Below, piece after piece: positions 47,533 to 57,213 of a DNA stretch of 64,000 bases (positions within the stretch are counted from its first letter, which is position 1; the number at the start of each line of letters is the position of its first letter). The stretch covers positions 10,603-74,602 of the forward strand of contig CALVAC010000014.1 of NCBI GenBank assembly GCA_944325435.1, read 5' to 3'. Origin of the DNA: an uncultured Bacteroidales bacterium. GTDB lineage: Bacteria; Bacteroidota; Bacteroidia; Bacteroidales; UBA932. The notes under the pieces are model-generated. The model did not search any database. It had not been told where the DNA came from and saw nothing but the letters and a program-made list of their open reading frames with translations. A program made the translations under genes and the position numbers.

Positions 47533-50500
47533 TCAGTCGAGCAGATGTGACAGGAACTGTCTGGCAGTCTGCCCGTCCATTCCCCGTCTTCGGGCGTATG
47601 CCTCATACTGTTCTCTGCTGATTCTCCGGATGTCGGGGTAGCAGGCCTGCGGATGTGCGAATATGAATCCGCAGATTGATGCATCCGGAATCATGGCATA
47701 GCTTTCTGTCAGATGTATGCCGAGCCGTTCTCCGTCAGGAAGAAGAGCCAGTATGTCCTTTTTGAGAGTGTGGTCGGGACAGCTGGCGTATCCCGCAGCA
47801 GGCTTGATGATCTTTATTGTCCCGCTGCCGTCTTGAATGCCGTGACCTGCGGCAAGACATTCTTCCAGATGATGGTCGAGCCACATCGAGGCTGCCTCTG
47901 CAAGAGTCAGCCTTACCGCCCTGCGGACAAGTTGCGGATAGTCCGTACTGCAAGCGGATTGTGTGCCGTCCTGCAGGTCAGTGCATTCCGTGACCGAAAT
48001 CGCAAACATTCCGAAATTGCCCTTCTTCCCTGAACTATCAGATGGAACGAAATCGCAGAGGGAGAGATGTCCGTTGTTTCTGCCCTCCTGCCGGAACATA
48101 GGAAGGAAATGACCATCGAACAGGATACCCCCATCTTTGGAAGATGCATCGAAAAATCGTGCTGCCAGCATTATCCGGCATCCGTCAGTGCCGGCGGCTG
48201 TGCCGGTGTCTTCATTTGACAGTGCACTCGCTGCAGAGTCCTGTCCGAAGGTTTCTGCGGCCAGGATACTGTCGATGACTGCCTTGCCATCGGCTTTCAG
48301 TCTGACAACCTCGTCGCTGTCGGGGAGCGGCCCGTTATATCTTATCCCGAATACGGTAAGGAACATACGCCAGTCAAAATACTGCACGACATCTCTGACC
48401 GGGATTTCCCTGGCGGGGATGTCAGTGAAGCCTGCAGAACTGCAGCCGATATATGATTTCTCCGGAAATGCAGGTATGGCGGCCTTCCCGATGTCTCCGG
48501 CAGTGTCAGTACCGGTGTCAGTCTGCCCGGTAGCCTGTGCCGTTGCTGTCTTGCCCTTGCTGTAATATAGTTCTCTCAATCTGTCCTGTGCTGAGTGCTC
48601 TTCCTCCTCGAATGTCTGCCGGTCCATCATGCAGCGTTTTGCCATTACGGCGCTGGCGGATGCATCTGCCCCGTAGAACACGTGCCGGTACAGAGGAGCG
48701 AGCTTTACTGCTGTATGCAGAGCGGATGTTGTTGCACCACCGATGAAAAGCGGGGTGTCGAGCCCTCTGCGCGTCATTTCTCTGCAGAGTTCCTCCATCT
48801 GGAAGAGGGATGGTGTGATAAGTCCGCTTACCGCTATTATGTCCGCCTGTTCTCTTTCCGCTGTCCCGAGGATGGTATCCCTGTCTACCATGACCCCGAG
48901 GTCAATGACATTGAATCCGTTGCATGTCAGTACGATGCCTGTGATGTTCTTCCCTATGTCGTGGACATCTCCCTTGACGGTGGCCAGGATTACTTTTGGC
49001 CTGGCTGTCCTCTGTTCTTCAGGATAGCTGTGGCCGTGATTGTCTGACTCCACATCTCCATTGCCGGTCTTTCCTTTCCCGGGCATATACGGCTCGAGTA
49101 TCGTTACGGCATCCCTCATCACCTTGGCTGATTTCACCACCTGCGGCAGGAACATCCTGCCGTTGCCGAACAGCTCTCCGACTTTCTTCATCCCGTCCAT
49201 CAGCGGGCCTTCTATGATGGAAACAGCGCTTCCTCCGTACTTGTCCAGAGCCTCCTTAAGGTCCTTTTCCAGTTCTGATGCCTTCCCTTTGACCAAGGCG
49301 TTGCCCAATCTCTCTTCGACGGTGCTCGGGACGCTCTCTCCATTCCGGCTGTCTGTACCGGAGCCGCTGTCGGCAGAACTGCTTTCACAGTTGCCGCCAT
49401 TACCACGCGTTCCGGCTGATTCTTTCTCCTGAAGCACTTTCTGGGCCTTTGCTATGAGCCTTTCTGTGGCTCCGGGATCACGGTCGAATATCACATCTTC
49501 CACGCACTTGAGCATTTCAGGTTCGATCTGGTCATAGACCTGGAGCATCCCCGGGTTGACAATCGCCATATCAAGCCCTGCCTGTATCGCATAATAAAGG
49601 AATACTGAATGCATGGCCTCGCGGACCTCGTTGTTGCCCCTGAATGCAAAAGACAGGTTGGAAATGCCCCCGGAAGTCTTTGCCCCCGGAAGATTCCGGT
49701 GTATCCACCTGACAGCCTCTATGAAATCGATGCCATATCTTGCGTGTTCCTCTATCCCTGTGCCGATTGAAAGTACATTCGCATCGAATATTATTTCTTG
49801 AGGCGGTATGCCTGCTTCAGTGAGCAGCCTGTATGCTCTGGAGCATATCTCGACTTTCCTTGCGAATGTTGTAGCCTGACCCTGCTCATCGAACGCCATT
49901 ACGACCATTGCCGCTCCCAGACTGCGTATTTCAAGTGCCTTGTCAATGAATGTCTCTTCCCCCTCCTTGAGACTGATGGAATTGACAATGCATTTTCCCT
50001 GGGCGTTCTTGAGGCCGGCAACAATGGTCTCCCAGTGAGATGAGTCTATCATCAGGGCAGCCTTTGCGGCTGAAGGGTCATTGGAAATGTAACGGCAGAA
50101 CTTCTCCATTTCGCAGGTGCTGTCCAGCATGGCATCATCCATATTGATATCGATGACGGATGCCCCGTTTTCAATCTGGTCAGCCGCTGTCTGCAGGGCG
50201 GCTGTGTAGTCCCCGGACGCAATGAGCCTGGCGAATTTCCTCGAGCCTGCCACATTGGCTCTTTCCCCGATGTTTGTAAAGTTGCTTGTGGAAAGGTCTA
50301 TATGGACTGCTTCAAGTCCGCTGACAGCCAGTCCCTTGTTGACTGGAATGGATTGACTGCAAGATCTTCTTGCCGGGATTCCTTTCACTGCGGCGGCAAT
50401 CTCCCTGATATGTTCCGGAGTGGTTCCGCAGCAGCCCCCTACAATGTCCAGAAGACCTTCTGCTGCCATTTCTCTGACTTCTTCCGCCATTTCGGACGGA

Positions 50501-51369
50501 GTCTGGTCATAGCCTCCCATTTCATTCGGCAGACCGGCATTGGGATAACATATTACCGGACATTCTGCCAGGAGTGAGACTTCCTTGACAAGAGGGGCGA
50601 GTCCGGCTGCTCCGAGGGAGCAGTTCAGCCCGAATGCAGCAAGCGGATAATGTGATACGGAAGTGTAGAATGCCTCGATTGTCTGCCCTGTGAGGGTTCT
50701 TCCGCTCCTGTCTGCGACTGACACGGATATTATGACCGGAATCCTGTCATTGGAATATTTCCCGTTTCCCGGAGAGCCAGGCAAGCAGATCCTTTTTTCC
50801 CCCAGCCGAGAAATGGCGTACAGTGCGGCTTTGACATTCAGCGCATCGAAACAAGTCTCGATCTGGATAATGTCCGTCCCTCCTTCCAGCAATGCTTCTG
50901 CCTGTTCGCCGTATGCAGCCGCCATATCATCAAAACCGAATTGTCTGTGTGCCGGGTCAGAGATGTCGGATGCAAGGGAAAGCGATTTGGAGGTCGGTCC
51001 GATGCTGCCTGCCACAAGGATATGTCTTCCTGTCTCGGATTTTGCCCTGTCTGCCGCCCTTCTTGCAATCCTCGCCCCTTCCAATGCCATCTGCCTTGCC
51101 AGAGAGCTGCAGCCGTACTCCTGCTGGGAAATGCGGTTTGCGCTGAAAGTGTTGGTCTCGATAATGTCGGCTCCGGCCGCTATGTACTGCCTGTGGATAT
51201 CCTCTATTATGTCAGGACGGGTCAGGTTGAGGCATTCGTTGTTCCCGGCAAGTTCGCAGGGTATATCAGAGAAAGGTCTGCCGTGGAAATCTTCCTCCGA
51301 CAGACCGTATTTCTGGATCATAGTCCCCATCGCCCCGTCCAGAATCAATATGTTCTTTCCGGAAAACAT
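47533..51369 (-). CDS. metH: B12-dependent methionine synthase
   Basis: LDGAMGT, LNCSLG and GGCCG (Zn), GERANVAGS, DINMDD, DVHDIGKN (B12 His), reactivation domain PAAGYASCPDH. Confidence 0.97.
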   Translation of the reverse strand: MFSGKNILILDGAMGTMIQKYGLSEEDFHGRPFSDIPCELAGNNECLNLTRPDIIEDIHRQYIAAGADIIETNTFSANRISQQEYGCSSLARQMALEGARIARRAADRAKSETGRHILVAGSIGPTSKSLSLASDISDPAHRQFGFDDMAAAYGEQAEALLEGGTDIIQIETCFDALNVKAALYAISRLGEKRICLPGSPGNGKYSNDRIPVIISVSVADRSGRTLTGQTIEAFYTSVSHYPLAAFGLNCSLGAAGLAPLVKEVSLLAECPVICYPNAGLPNEMGGYDQTPSEMAEEVREMAAEGLLDIVGGCCGTTPEHIREIAAAVKGIPARRSCSQSIPVNKGLAVSGLEAVHIDLSTSNFTNIGERANVAGSRKFARLIASGDYTAALQTAADQIENGASVIDINMDDAMLDSTCEMEKFCRYISNDPSAAKAALMIDSSHWETIVAGLKNAQGKCIVNSISLKEGEETFIDKALEIRSLGAAMVVMAFDEQGQATTFARKVEICSRAYRLLTEAGIPPQEIIFDANVLSIGTGIEEHARYGIDFIEAVRWIHRNLPGAKTSGGISNLSFAFRGNNEVREAMHSVFLYYAIQAGLDMAIVNPGMLQVYDQIEPEMLKCVEDVIFDRDPGATERLIAKAQKVLQEKESAGTRGNGGNCESSSADSGSGTDSRNGESVPSTVEERLGNALVKGKASELEKDLKEALDKYGGSAVSIIEGPLMDGMKKVGELFGNGRMFLPQVVKSAKVMRDAVTILEPYMPGKGKTGNGDVESDNHGHSYPEEQRTARPKVILATVKGDVHDIGKNITGIVLTCNGFNVIDLGVMVDRDTILGTAEREQADIIAVSGLITPSLFQMEELCREMTRRGLDTPLFIGGATTSALHTAVKLAPLYRHVFYGADASASAVMAKRCMMDRQTFEEEEHSAQDRLRELYYSKGKTATAQATGQTDTGTDTAGDIGKAAIPAFPEKSYIGCSSAGFTDIPAREIPVRDVVQYFDWRMFLTVFGIRYNGPLPDSDEVVRLKADGKAVIDSILAAETFGQDSAASALSNEDTGTAAGTDGCRIMLAARFFDASSKDGGILFDGHFLPMFRQEGRNNGHLSLCDFVPSDSSGKKGNFGMFAISVTECTDLQDGTQSACSTDYPQLVRRAVRLTLAEAASMWLDHHLEECLAAGHGIQDGSGTIKIIKPAAGYASCPDHTLKKDILALLPDGERLGIHLTESYAMIPDASICGFIFAHPQACYPDIRRISREQYEAYARRRGMDGQTARQFLSHLLD

Positions 51370-51381
51370 TGGTTTATATGG

Positions 51382-51864
51382 TTATCCGATTGTGACGATA
51401 GGAGCATCAGCAGGTACAGAATCTCCTACATTGACATGTATTGCAGTGACAGTCCCTGCGACAGGGGACTCGATGGTGTTTTCCATCTTCATGGCTTCAA
51501 GAACGGCTACCTGCTGCCCTGCCTTCACTGTGTCTCCGACTTTTACAGATATCCCGACGATATTTCCAGGGAGAGGTGCAGTTACAGCCTTTCCTGCGCC
51601 TGTTGCCGCCGGAGCAGGAGCAGCCGCCGGTGCGGCCTGGGGTGCAGGAGCAGGAGCCGGTGCCGGTGCAGCGGCAGGAGCGGTCTGGACGGGAGCCTGG
51701 GCTGTCTGCTGTACTGGAGCTGCCTGTACTGAAACAGGAGCCATACCGTTTCCGAGCTCTACCTTATATGAAGCGACCACGGTCACATCAGCGACATTCC
51801 CGTCAACTGAATTGATGGTCACATTGTATTCGTTTCCGTTGATCTTGAAATTATATTGTTTCAT
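51382..51864 (-). CDS. Biotin carboxyl carrier protein (MmdC/1.3S-like)
   Basis: MKQYNFKINGNEY, Pro/Ala linker, APLPG, LEAMKMEN biotin acceptor. Confidence 0.95.
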   Translation of the reverse strand: MKQYNFKINGNEYNVTINSVDGNVADVTVVASYKVELGNGMAPVSVQAAPVQQTAQAPVQTAPAAAPAPAPAPAPQAAPAAAPAPAATGAGKAVTAPLPGNIVGISVKVGDTVKAGQQVAVLEAMKMENTIESPVAGTVTAIHVNVGDSVPADAPIVTIG

Positions 51865-51884
51865 TTTACGATATTTTTAATGTG

Positions 51885-52103
51885 TCATTTCTTTTTGTCC
51901 GGGAGCTGGCGCAATGTTGCGTAGCGTGAATTCCATGGAGTGGACTTAGGCTTGATGGTCACGACAAAACTCTCGTTGTCGTGCACTTCATCAGCCATGC
52001 ATTTGTCCAGAGCCATTGCGATGGCAGCGCAGATTTCCCCTCCGATGGTGTCGTTGAGACGTACTGCTGTCTCGAATGCCTTTTCTGATGATATCTCGTT
52101 CAT
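51885..52103 (-). CDS. Small soluble carboxylase accessory subunit (resembles the C-terminal part of OadG/MmdD-type proteins)
   Basis: GEICAAIAMAL...VHDNESFVVTI...TPWNSRYATLRQLP; sits between the carboxyltransferase and BCCP genes; no long TM helix. Confidence 0.7.
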   Translation of the reverse strand: MNEISSEKAFETAVRLNDTIGGEICAAIAMALDKCMADEVHDNESFVVTIKPKSTPWNSRYATLRQLPDKKK

Positions 52104-52122
52104 GATATTCAGTTTTAAATGA

Positions 52123-53685
52123 CTACAGAGGCAGGTTGTCGTGCTTCTTGGCAGGGTTGACTACCTTCTTGCCAGCAAGCTGCTCCAACGCGCGGATTAC
52201 GCGGAAACGGGTGTTGCGTGGCTCGATGACATCATCGATATATCCGTATTTGGCTGCCTGGTAAGGATTGCAGAAGAGGTCGTTATACTCAGTCTTCTTT
52301 TCCTCGGCCACGCGCTTCTTCTCTTCCGGATCCTCGATAGCCTTGATTTCCTTTGAATAGAGGACCTCTACCGCCCCCTCGGCTCCCATAACGGCTATGT
52401 TTGCGGACGGCCAAGCATAGTTGATGTCACCGCGGAGCTGTTTGCAGCTCATCACGATGTGGGATCCGCCGTAGGACTTCCTGAGAGTTACTGTGACCTT
52501 AGGTACGGTGGCTTCACCGTAAGCATAGAGGAGCTTTGCTCCGTGTACTATGATTCCGCCGTATTCCTGCTGTGTTCCGCAGAGGAAACCAGGTACATCC
52601 ACAAGTGTAACGAGCGGAATGTTGAATGCGTCGCAGAAACGGACGAACCTTGCTGCCTTGCGGGATGCGTTGATGTCAAGCACTCCGGCAAGGATCTTGG
52701 GCTGGTTGGCTACGATGCCGACAGAACGGCCGTTCATATGCGCGAAACCTATGATGATATTCTTTGCGTAGTTCTTGTGAATTTCCAAGAACTTGCCATC
52801 GTCCACAATGCTGCCGATGACCCTGTACATATCGTACGGTTTGTTAGGGTTGTCCGGGATAATCTCGTTGAGGGCATCGTCTACGCGGCTGACAGGATCA
52901 TCCGTTGGGACTACAGGCGCCTCTTCCATATTGTTCTGAGGGATGAAGCTGAGGATGTCCTTGATGATCTGGAGCCCTTCCTCTTCAGTGTCTGCGGCGA
53001 AATGGGCGACTCCGCTCTTTGTAGAATGTACGCTTGCACCTCCGAGGTCTTCCTGGCTCACCACCTCGCCGGTGACAGTCTTCACCACGCCAGGACCCGT
53101 AAGGAACATATATGAGGTATTCTTCACCATTATATTGAAGTCCGTGAGGGCAGGGGAGTACACCGCACCTCCTGCGCATGGACCGAATATGCCTGAAATC
53201 TGTGGAATCACACCGGAAGACATGATGTTTCTCTGGAAAATCTCTCCGAAACCTGCAAGTGCACAGATCCCTTCCTGGATTCGAGCTCCGCCGGAGTCGT
53301 TGAGTCCGATGCAAGGGGCGCCGTTCTTCATCGCCATGTCCATCACTTTGCATATCTTCTGTGCCATTGTCTCTGAAAGGGAGCCTCCAGACACGGTGAA
53401 GTCCTGTGCAAAGATGTAGACAGACCTGCCATCGATGGTGCCGTGTCCTGTGACAACTCCGTCTCCGTCATAATGTGTCTTGTCCATTCCGAAATTGGTG
53501 CAGCGGTGCTGTACGAACATGTCGTACTCCTCGAAGCTTCCTTCATCGAGAAGCATGGCAATCCTTTCCCTCGCCGTATATTTCCCTTTCTGATGCTGGG
53601 CATCGATCCTTTTCTGACCTCCGCCCATACGGGCTTTGGCCCTGCGCTCTACAAGTTCTTTGATTTTTTCCTGCTGGATACTCAT
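52123..53685 (-). CDS. Acyl-CoA carboxyltransferase (MmdA/PccB/12S-like)
   Basis: [64 protein letters not shown]. Confidence 0.96.
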   Translation of the reverse strand: MSIQQEKIKELVERRAKARMGGGQKRIDAQHQKGKYTARERIAMLLDEGSFEEYDMFVQHRCTNFGMDKTHYDGDGVVTGHGTIDGRSVYIFAQDFTVSGGSLSETMAQKICKVMDMAMKNGAPCIGLNDSGGARIQEGICALAGFGEIFQRNIMSSGVIPQISGIFGPCAGGAVYSPALTDFNIMVKNTSYMFLTGPGVVKTVTGEVVSQEDLGGASVHSTKSGVAHFAADTEEEGLQIIKDILSFIPQNNMEEAPVVPTDDPVSRVDDALNEIIPDNPNKPYDMYRVIGSIVDDGKFLEIHKNYAKNIIIGFAHMNGRSVGIVANQPKILAGVLDINASRKAARFVRFCDAFNIPLVTLVDVPGFLCGTQQEYGGIIVHGAKLLYAYGEATVPKVTVTLRKSYGGSHIVMSCKQLRGDINYAWPSANIAVMGAEGAVEVLYSKEIKAIEDPEEKKRVAEEKKTEYNDLFCNPYQAAKYGYIDDVIEPRNTRFRVIRALEQLAGKKVVNPAKKHDNLPL

Positions 53686-53771
53686 AATATCTGTAGTTTA
53701 ATTAATCCTGTCCTGAAGCCGGCCCTGCAGGACAGACTTCAACGGATTCATCACGGAATCCATAAACTTTG

Positions 53772-53886
53772 CAAAGATAATTCTTTTTGGCAAAAAACAG
53801 CGTTTTTGTTTGTCTGCTTCCGAAGAATTTCACAGCTGCCATTCTCGTTCTGCAGGAATGAAATACGCGAAGAAATCGTATCTTTG
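53772..53886. promoter_or_regulatory. Divergent -7 boxes for the carboxyltransferase-metH operon and proX
   Basis: TATCTTTG on - (53772-53779) and on + (53879-53886). Confidence 0.65.
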
Positions 53887-53908
53887 TGCGGCAACTTGTA
53901 AATAAGCG

Positions 53909-54457
53909 ATGGAACATTATTCAGGACGGCCTCCATATATAGAGGGGGAAAGTGAAACGGAAATAGCGACATACGATTTTCTTGACGGTTTAGGTATCCC
54001 ATACAGGACTGTCAGACACGATGCTGCCTTCACGATGGATGAATGTGCGGAAGTGGAGAAAGCCATTGGGGCTCCGGTGTGCAAGAACCTGTTCCTGTGC
54101 AACCGCCAGCAGACCCGGTTCTACCTTCTCATGCTCCCGGGAGACAAGATATTCAAGACAAGATTCCTCTCTGCAGAGCTTGGCTGCGCCCGGCTGTCTT
54201 TTGCTGATGAAAGCCATATGACGGAAATGCTCGGCCTGCATCCGGGAGCTGTATCGCCTATGGGGCTGATACACGAAAGACAAGGCAATGTACTGCCGGT
54301 AATCGACAGCGACCTGCTGGCTTACGGATACATCGGCTGTCATCCCTGCGTGAATACAGCCACTCTCGTACTTAAAACATCCGACCTGCTTGAAAAAGTC
54401 ATCCCTGCCACCGGTCATTCCTGCCGTATCGTAAGATTACGGACAGATATTATTTAA
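53909..54457 (+). CDS. ProX/PrdX (YbaK superfamily) tRNA-editing protein
   Basis: HDAAFTM, CKNLFLCNR, RLSFA, GAVSPMG, HPCVNTAT. Confidence 0.88.
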   Translation: MEHYSGRPPYIEGESETEIATYDFLDGLGIPYRTVRHDAAFTMDECAEVEKAIGAPVCKNLFLCNRQQTRFYLLMLPGDKIFKTRFLSAELGCARLSFADESHMTEMLGLHPGAVSPMGLIHERQGNVLPVIDSDLLAYGYIGCHPCVNTATLVLKTSDLLEKVIPATGHSCRIVRLRTDII

Positions 54458-54535
54458 AGGTCCCGCTCCGATGACATTGTTCCGGTATTGTTCCATATAC
54501 CGCAGATTTGTCGGATTGAACCGTTCCGATTCCTC

Positions 54536-56458
54536 TCACAGGCTGAATGTAAGCAGGATCCTGCATTCATTCCTGGGTGACCTTTCGGATGCAGTCGGGG
54601 ACTTCCACGGATACTGCAGGGTAGAGACCCTGAAATACGCCCTGAACCGGCGAAAAAGTTTGAAACCTGCCGTCAGTGCCGCCCAGCACCCTCTGCCATA
54701 GTATGCCGGGACATTGAAATTGCCGGGAGCATCCCTTTCGTATGCATAGATTCTGTCATGCCAGTTGTCGATACGGAACATCCCTGCCCTGAAATAGACA
54801 GACATCCAGTCTGGCTTCCAGCCGCACTCGATATATCCTAAAAGACCTAATGATTTGTTGTACAGTCCATTCATCCTTATGGCAGCCAGCCATTCACCAG
54901 ATGAATATTTCACATCCATCCTCAGGTCAGTCCGGTTTTTCTCGGTCCCGTTGCGCAAACGCTCTGAAATTCTCGCTGTCATGGCAATGGCCGGATTCAC
55001 CTGCACTGTATAGTTCAGAAGGAGCTTTATCTGCATTCCCGGGCCGGATGACCCGTATTCTGGTTCAGGATAATATGCAGCATCAATGCTGAATGTTCCG
55101 GAGTGTCTGCTGACAGATGAGCCGAATCCTGTCCGGCCTTTCAGCCGGACCCGGTCTCCGGCAAGGAAACGGCCTCCCGCAGCAGCCGAATACCGGTCCG
55201 CGGAATATCCTGCCCTGCCTGCCAGAGTCAGGGATTCACCTGCATTGAATACGGCGCCCATCACTGCAGCCGGTTCCAGTCCGATAGCATCCAGTGCCGC
55301 CTCCCCGAACAGGTCCACCCCTCTCACGCACCACCTGAAATCAACTGAACATCCGGCATCTGATACCGGTGCGTCAATCCATCTGTCCGTATTCCCGTTT
55401 CCTGACTCCGGCAGGCGGAATCCGGCCGTTTCTGCGTATCCTGTCAAGGATACCTGTGCGTTGGAGCCGTACCATGCCACATTGACTGCAGGGAGAAGCG
55501 AGAGACAGGATGGTTTCTCCCCGGCCATCATTTCACGCAGCCCCCGGACAGCCACGGAGGATGATATGGCTATACGTCCTATATTGAAATCAACTGCCAG
55601 TCCCCGCCTGGAATCTGTTCCGGAATATGACCAGTACGGGGATATTCCGGATGGACGGAGGTAGAAAGATTCCGGAGATGTCAGGCTGTTCATCCTGAAT
55701 CCGTTCCATAGGGCAAGCCCCTGCCCGTACCTCAGATTATAGTCGCCCACCACAATCTTGCCGAGCCGCCTGCGCCCATAGTATATTATATGAAAAGATC
55801 CCCCATCAGGGTACCCGGTATTGCTCCCGTATGTCCTGTTTGCGGTAATCCCGATCTCCAGCCTTCCGTTCAGGCCGAACCTGTATTTCATTCCGTATGC
55901 ATACTCCGGCGAGCCCGCGACATCCCTCACATTTGACCTGAGATACAAGGAGTTCGATACGTCCCTTCCCTTTTCAGATGCTTTTCCGGGCGCAGCATCC
56001 GAGAACAGGGACACGAAAGGGGCGAGGGCTTCCGCCCTCTCCTGCGAAAAGCCATCGACTGCCGCCAGTTCATTCAGGGACAGCACATCGCCGTGTCTTT
56101 CCCTGTAGTCAAGCAGTGAAGCGACCTGATACTGGGTGAAAAGTCCGCTCGATACAAGCCTGCTCCTGGCTGCAAGATTGATTTCCAGCGGAGTGTCGAG
56201 AAATGCCGACAGCCTCTCCACATCGTACTCATCCAGCAGTTCCGGGGCATCCACCCCTGAAAGACGCATTATCGCCTCCAGATCCCCGTATTTCCCATCT
56301 CCTGCATCTGCTGCACGGGATGCACTCCCGGTGCAACTGCCAGATGACAATGCCTGACTTTTACCAGGCGACAGGAGCGCAGTCGCGGCATACACCAGCA
56401 TACAGCCCGCTGTCTTCAAACAGATCTTCATTCTCAGTCTCCTCATCCTCCCGTTCAC
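54536..56458 (-). CDS. Helix-hairpin-helix (ComEA-like) domain fused to a predicted outer-membrane beta-barrel
   Basis: Signal peptide; PLEINLA...LLDYRERHGDVLSLNELAAVDGF; GDYNLRYGQGLALW; RIYAYERD..GNFNVPAYYG. Start uncertain (56458, 56446 or 56431). Confidence 0.75.
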   Translation of the reverse strand: MNGRMRRLRMKICLKTAGCMLVYAATALLSPGKSQALSSGSCTGSASRAADAGDGKYGDLEAIMRLSGVDAPELLDEYDVERLSAFLDTPLEINLAARSRLVSSGLFTQYQVASLLDYRERHGDVLSLNELAAVDGFSQERAEALAPFVSLFSDAAPGKASEKGRDVSNSLYLRSNVRDVAGSPEYAYGMKYRFGLNGRLEIGITANRTYGSNTGYPDGGSFHIIYYGRRRLGKIVVGDYNLRYGQGLALWNGFRMNSLTSPESFYLRPSGISPYWSYSGTDSRRGLAVDFNIGRIAISSSVAVRGLREMMAGEKPSCLSLLPAVNVAWYGSNAQVSLTGYAETAGFRLPESGNGNTDRWIDAPVSDAGCSVDFRWCVRGVDLFGEAALDAIGLEPAAVMGAVFNAGESLTLAGRAGYSADRYSAAAGGRFLAGDRVRLKGRTGFGSSVSRHSGTFSIDAAYYPEPEYGSSGPGMQIKLLLNYTVQVNPAIAMTARISERLRNGTEKNRTDLRMDVKYSSGEWLAAIRMNGLYNKSLGLLGYIECGWKPDWMSVYFRAGMFRIDNWHDRIYAYERDAPGNFNVPAYYGRGCWAALTAGFKLFRRFRAYFRVSTLQYPWKSPTASERSPRNECRILLTFSL

Positions 56459-56610
56459 GCAGTCCTTGCCAACACCTGTCCAAAAATAGACAAGTCCCGG
56501 GATTTTTCATACGGGGCTTCTGCTCCGGAGTTCAAGTTTTTCTGTTTCTTCATAAAATTTTTCTGTATTTTGTGTTATTTTTGTGTGCTGATTTAAAAAA
56601 CACTCCGTAT

Positions 56611-57156
56611 ATGGACCAGATTATTCTCAACGGCAGGAAATTCAAGACTTTCATTCCGAACGATATTATCAGCAAGGCCATCGATGAGGTCGCAGCCAAG
56701 ATAAACGCCGATTTCAAGGACAGTGAGGACATACCGGTGCTGCTGTGCGTTCTCAACGGCTCCATAATGTTCATGGCCGAACTTATGAAAAGACTTGAAT
56801 TCAATCTCGAAGTCGTATCCATAAAACTGACATCATACTCAGGGACATCTTCCACCGGCACTGTCCGCCAGGCGATGGGGCTGACCTCGGACATAACAGG
56901 ACGGAGGGTGATAATAGTCGAAGACATCGTGGACACCGGAAATACCATTATGGAGCTGAAAAACATCCTTAAAGAACATGGCGCGGCGGAAAGCAGGGTA
57001 TGCACAATGCTCCTCAAGCCAGAGGTCTATACGAAGGACGAGAAACTGGACTATGTCGCGATAGAGATACCCAACAGGTTCATTGTGGGATTCGGTCTTG
57101 ACTATGATGAAATCGGCAGGAATCTCAAGGACATCTATGTGCTTGATGAAGACTGA
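56611..57156 (+). CDS. hpt: Hypoxanthine phosphoribosyltransferase
   Basis: VLNGSIMF, IIVEDIVDTGNT, FIVGFGLDY; start MDQIILNG at 56611, with a -7 box at 56576-56583. Confidence 0.96.
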   Translation: MDQIILNGRKFKTFIPNDIISKAIDEVAAKINADFKDSEDIPVLLCVLNGSIMFMAELMKRLEFNLEVVSIKLTSYSGTSSTGTVRQAMGLTSDITGRRVIIVEDIVDTGNTIMELKNILKEHGAAESRVCTMLLKPEVYTKDEKLDYVAIEIPNRFIVGFGLDYDEIGRNLKDIYVLDED

Positions 57157-57213
57157 CAAACGGTCGGGAATACATCCAGAAAGGCATTTTAATGACTATA
57201 TAATATATAGGAG

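Noticed and set aside
51590-51740. GCAGGAGC-type repeats
   Set aside because: They encode the ordinary Pro/Ala linker of a biotin carrier.
53686-53770. Cobalamin or SAM riboswitch ahead of the carboxyltransferase-metH operon
   Set aside because: The leader is only about 80 nt, with one 8-bp hairpin (CTGTCCTG/CAGGACAG), and lacks the B12-box or SAM consensus.
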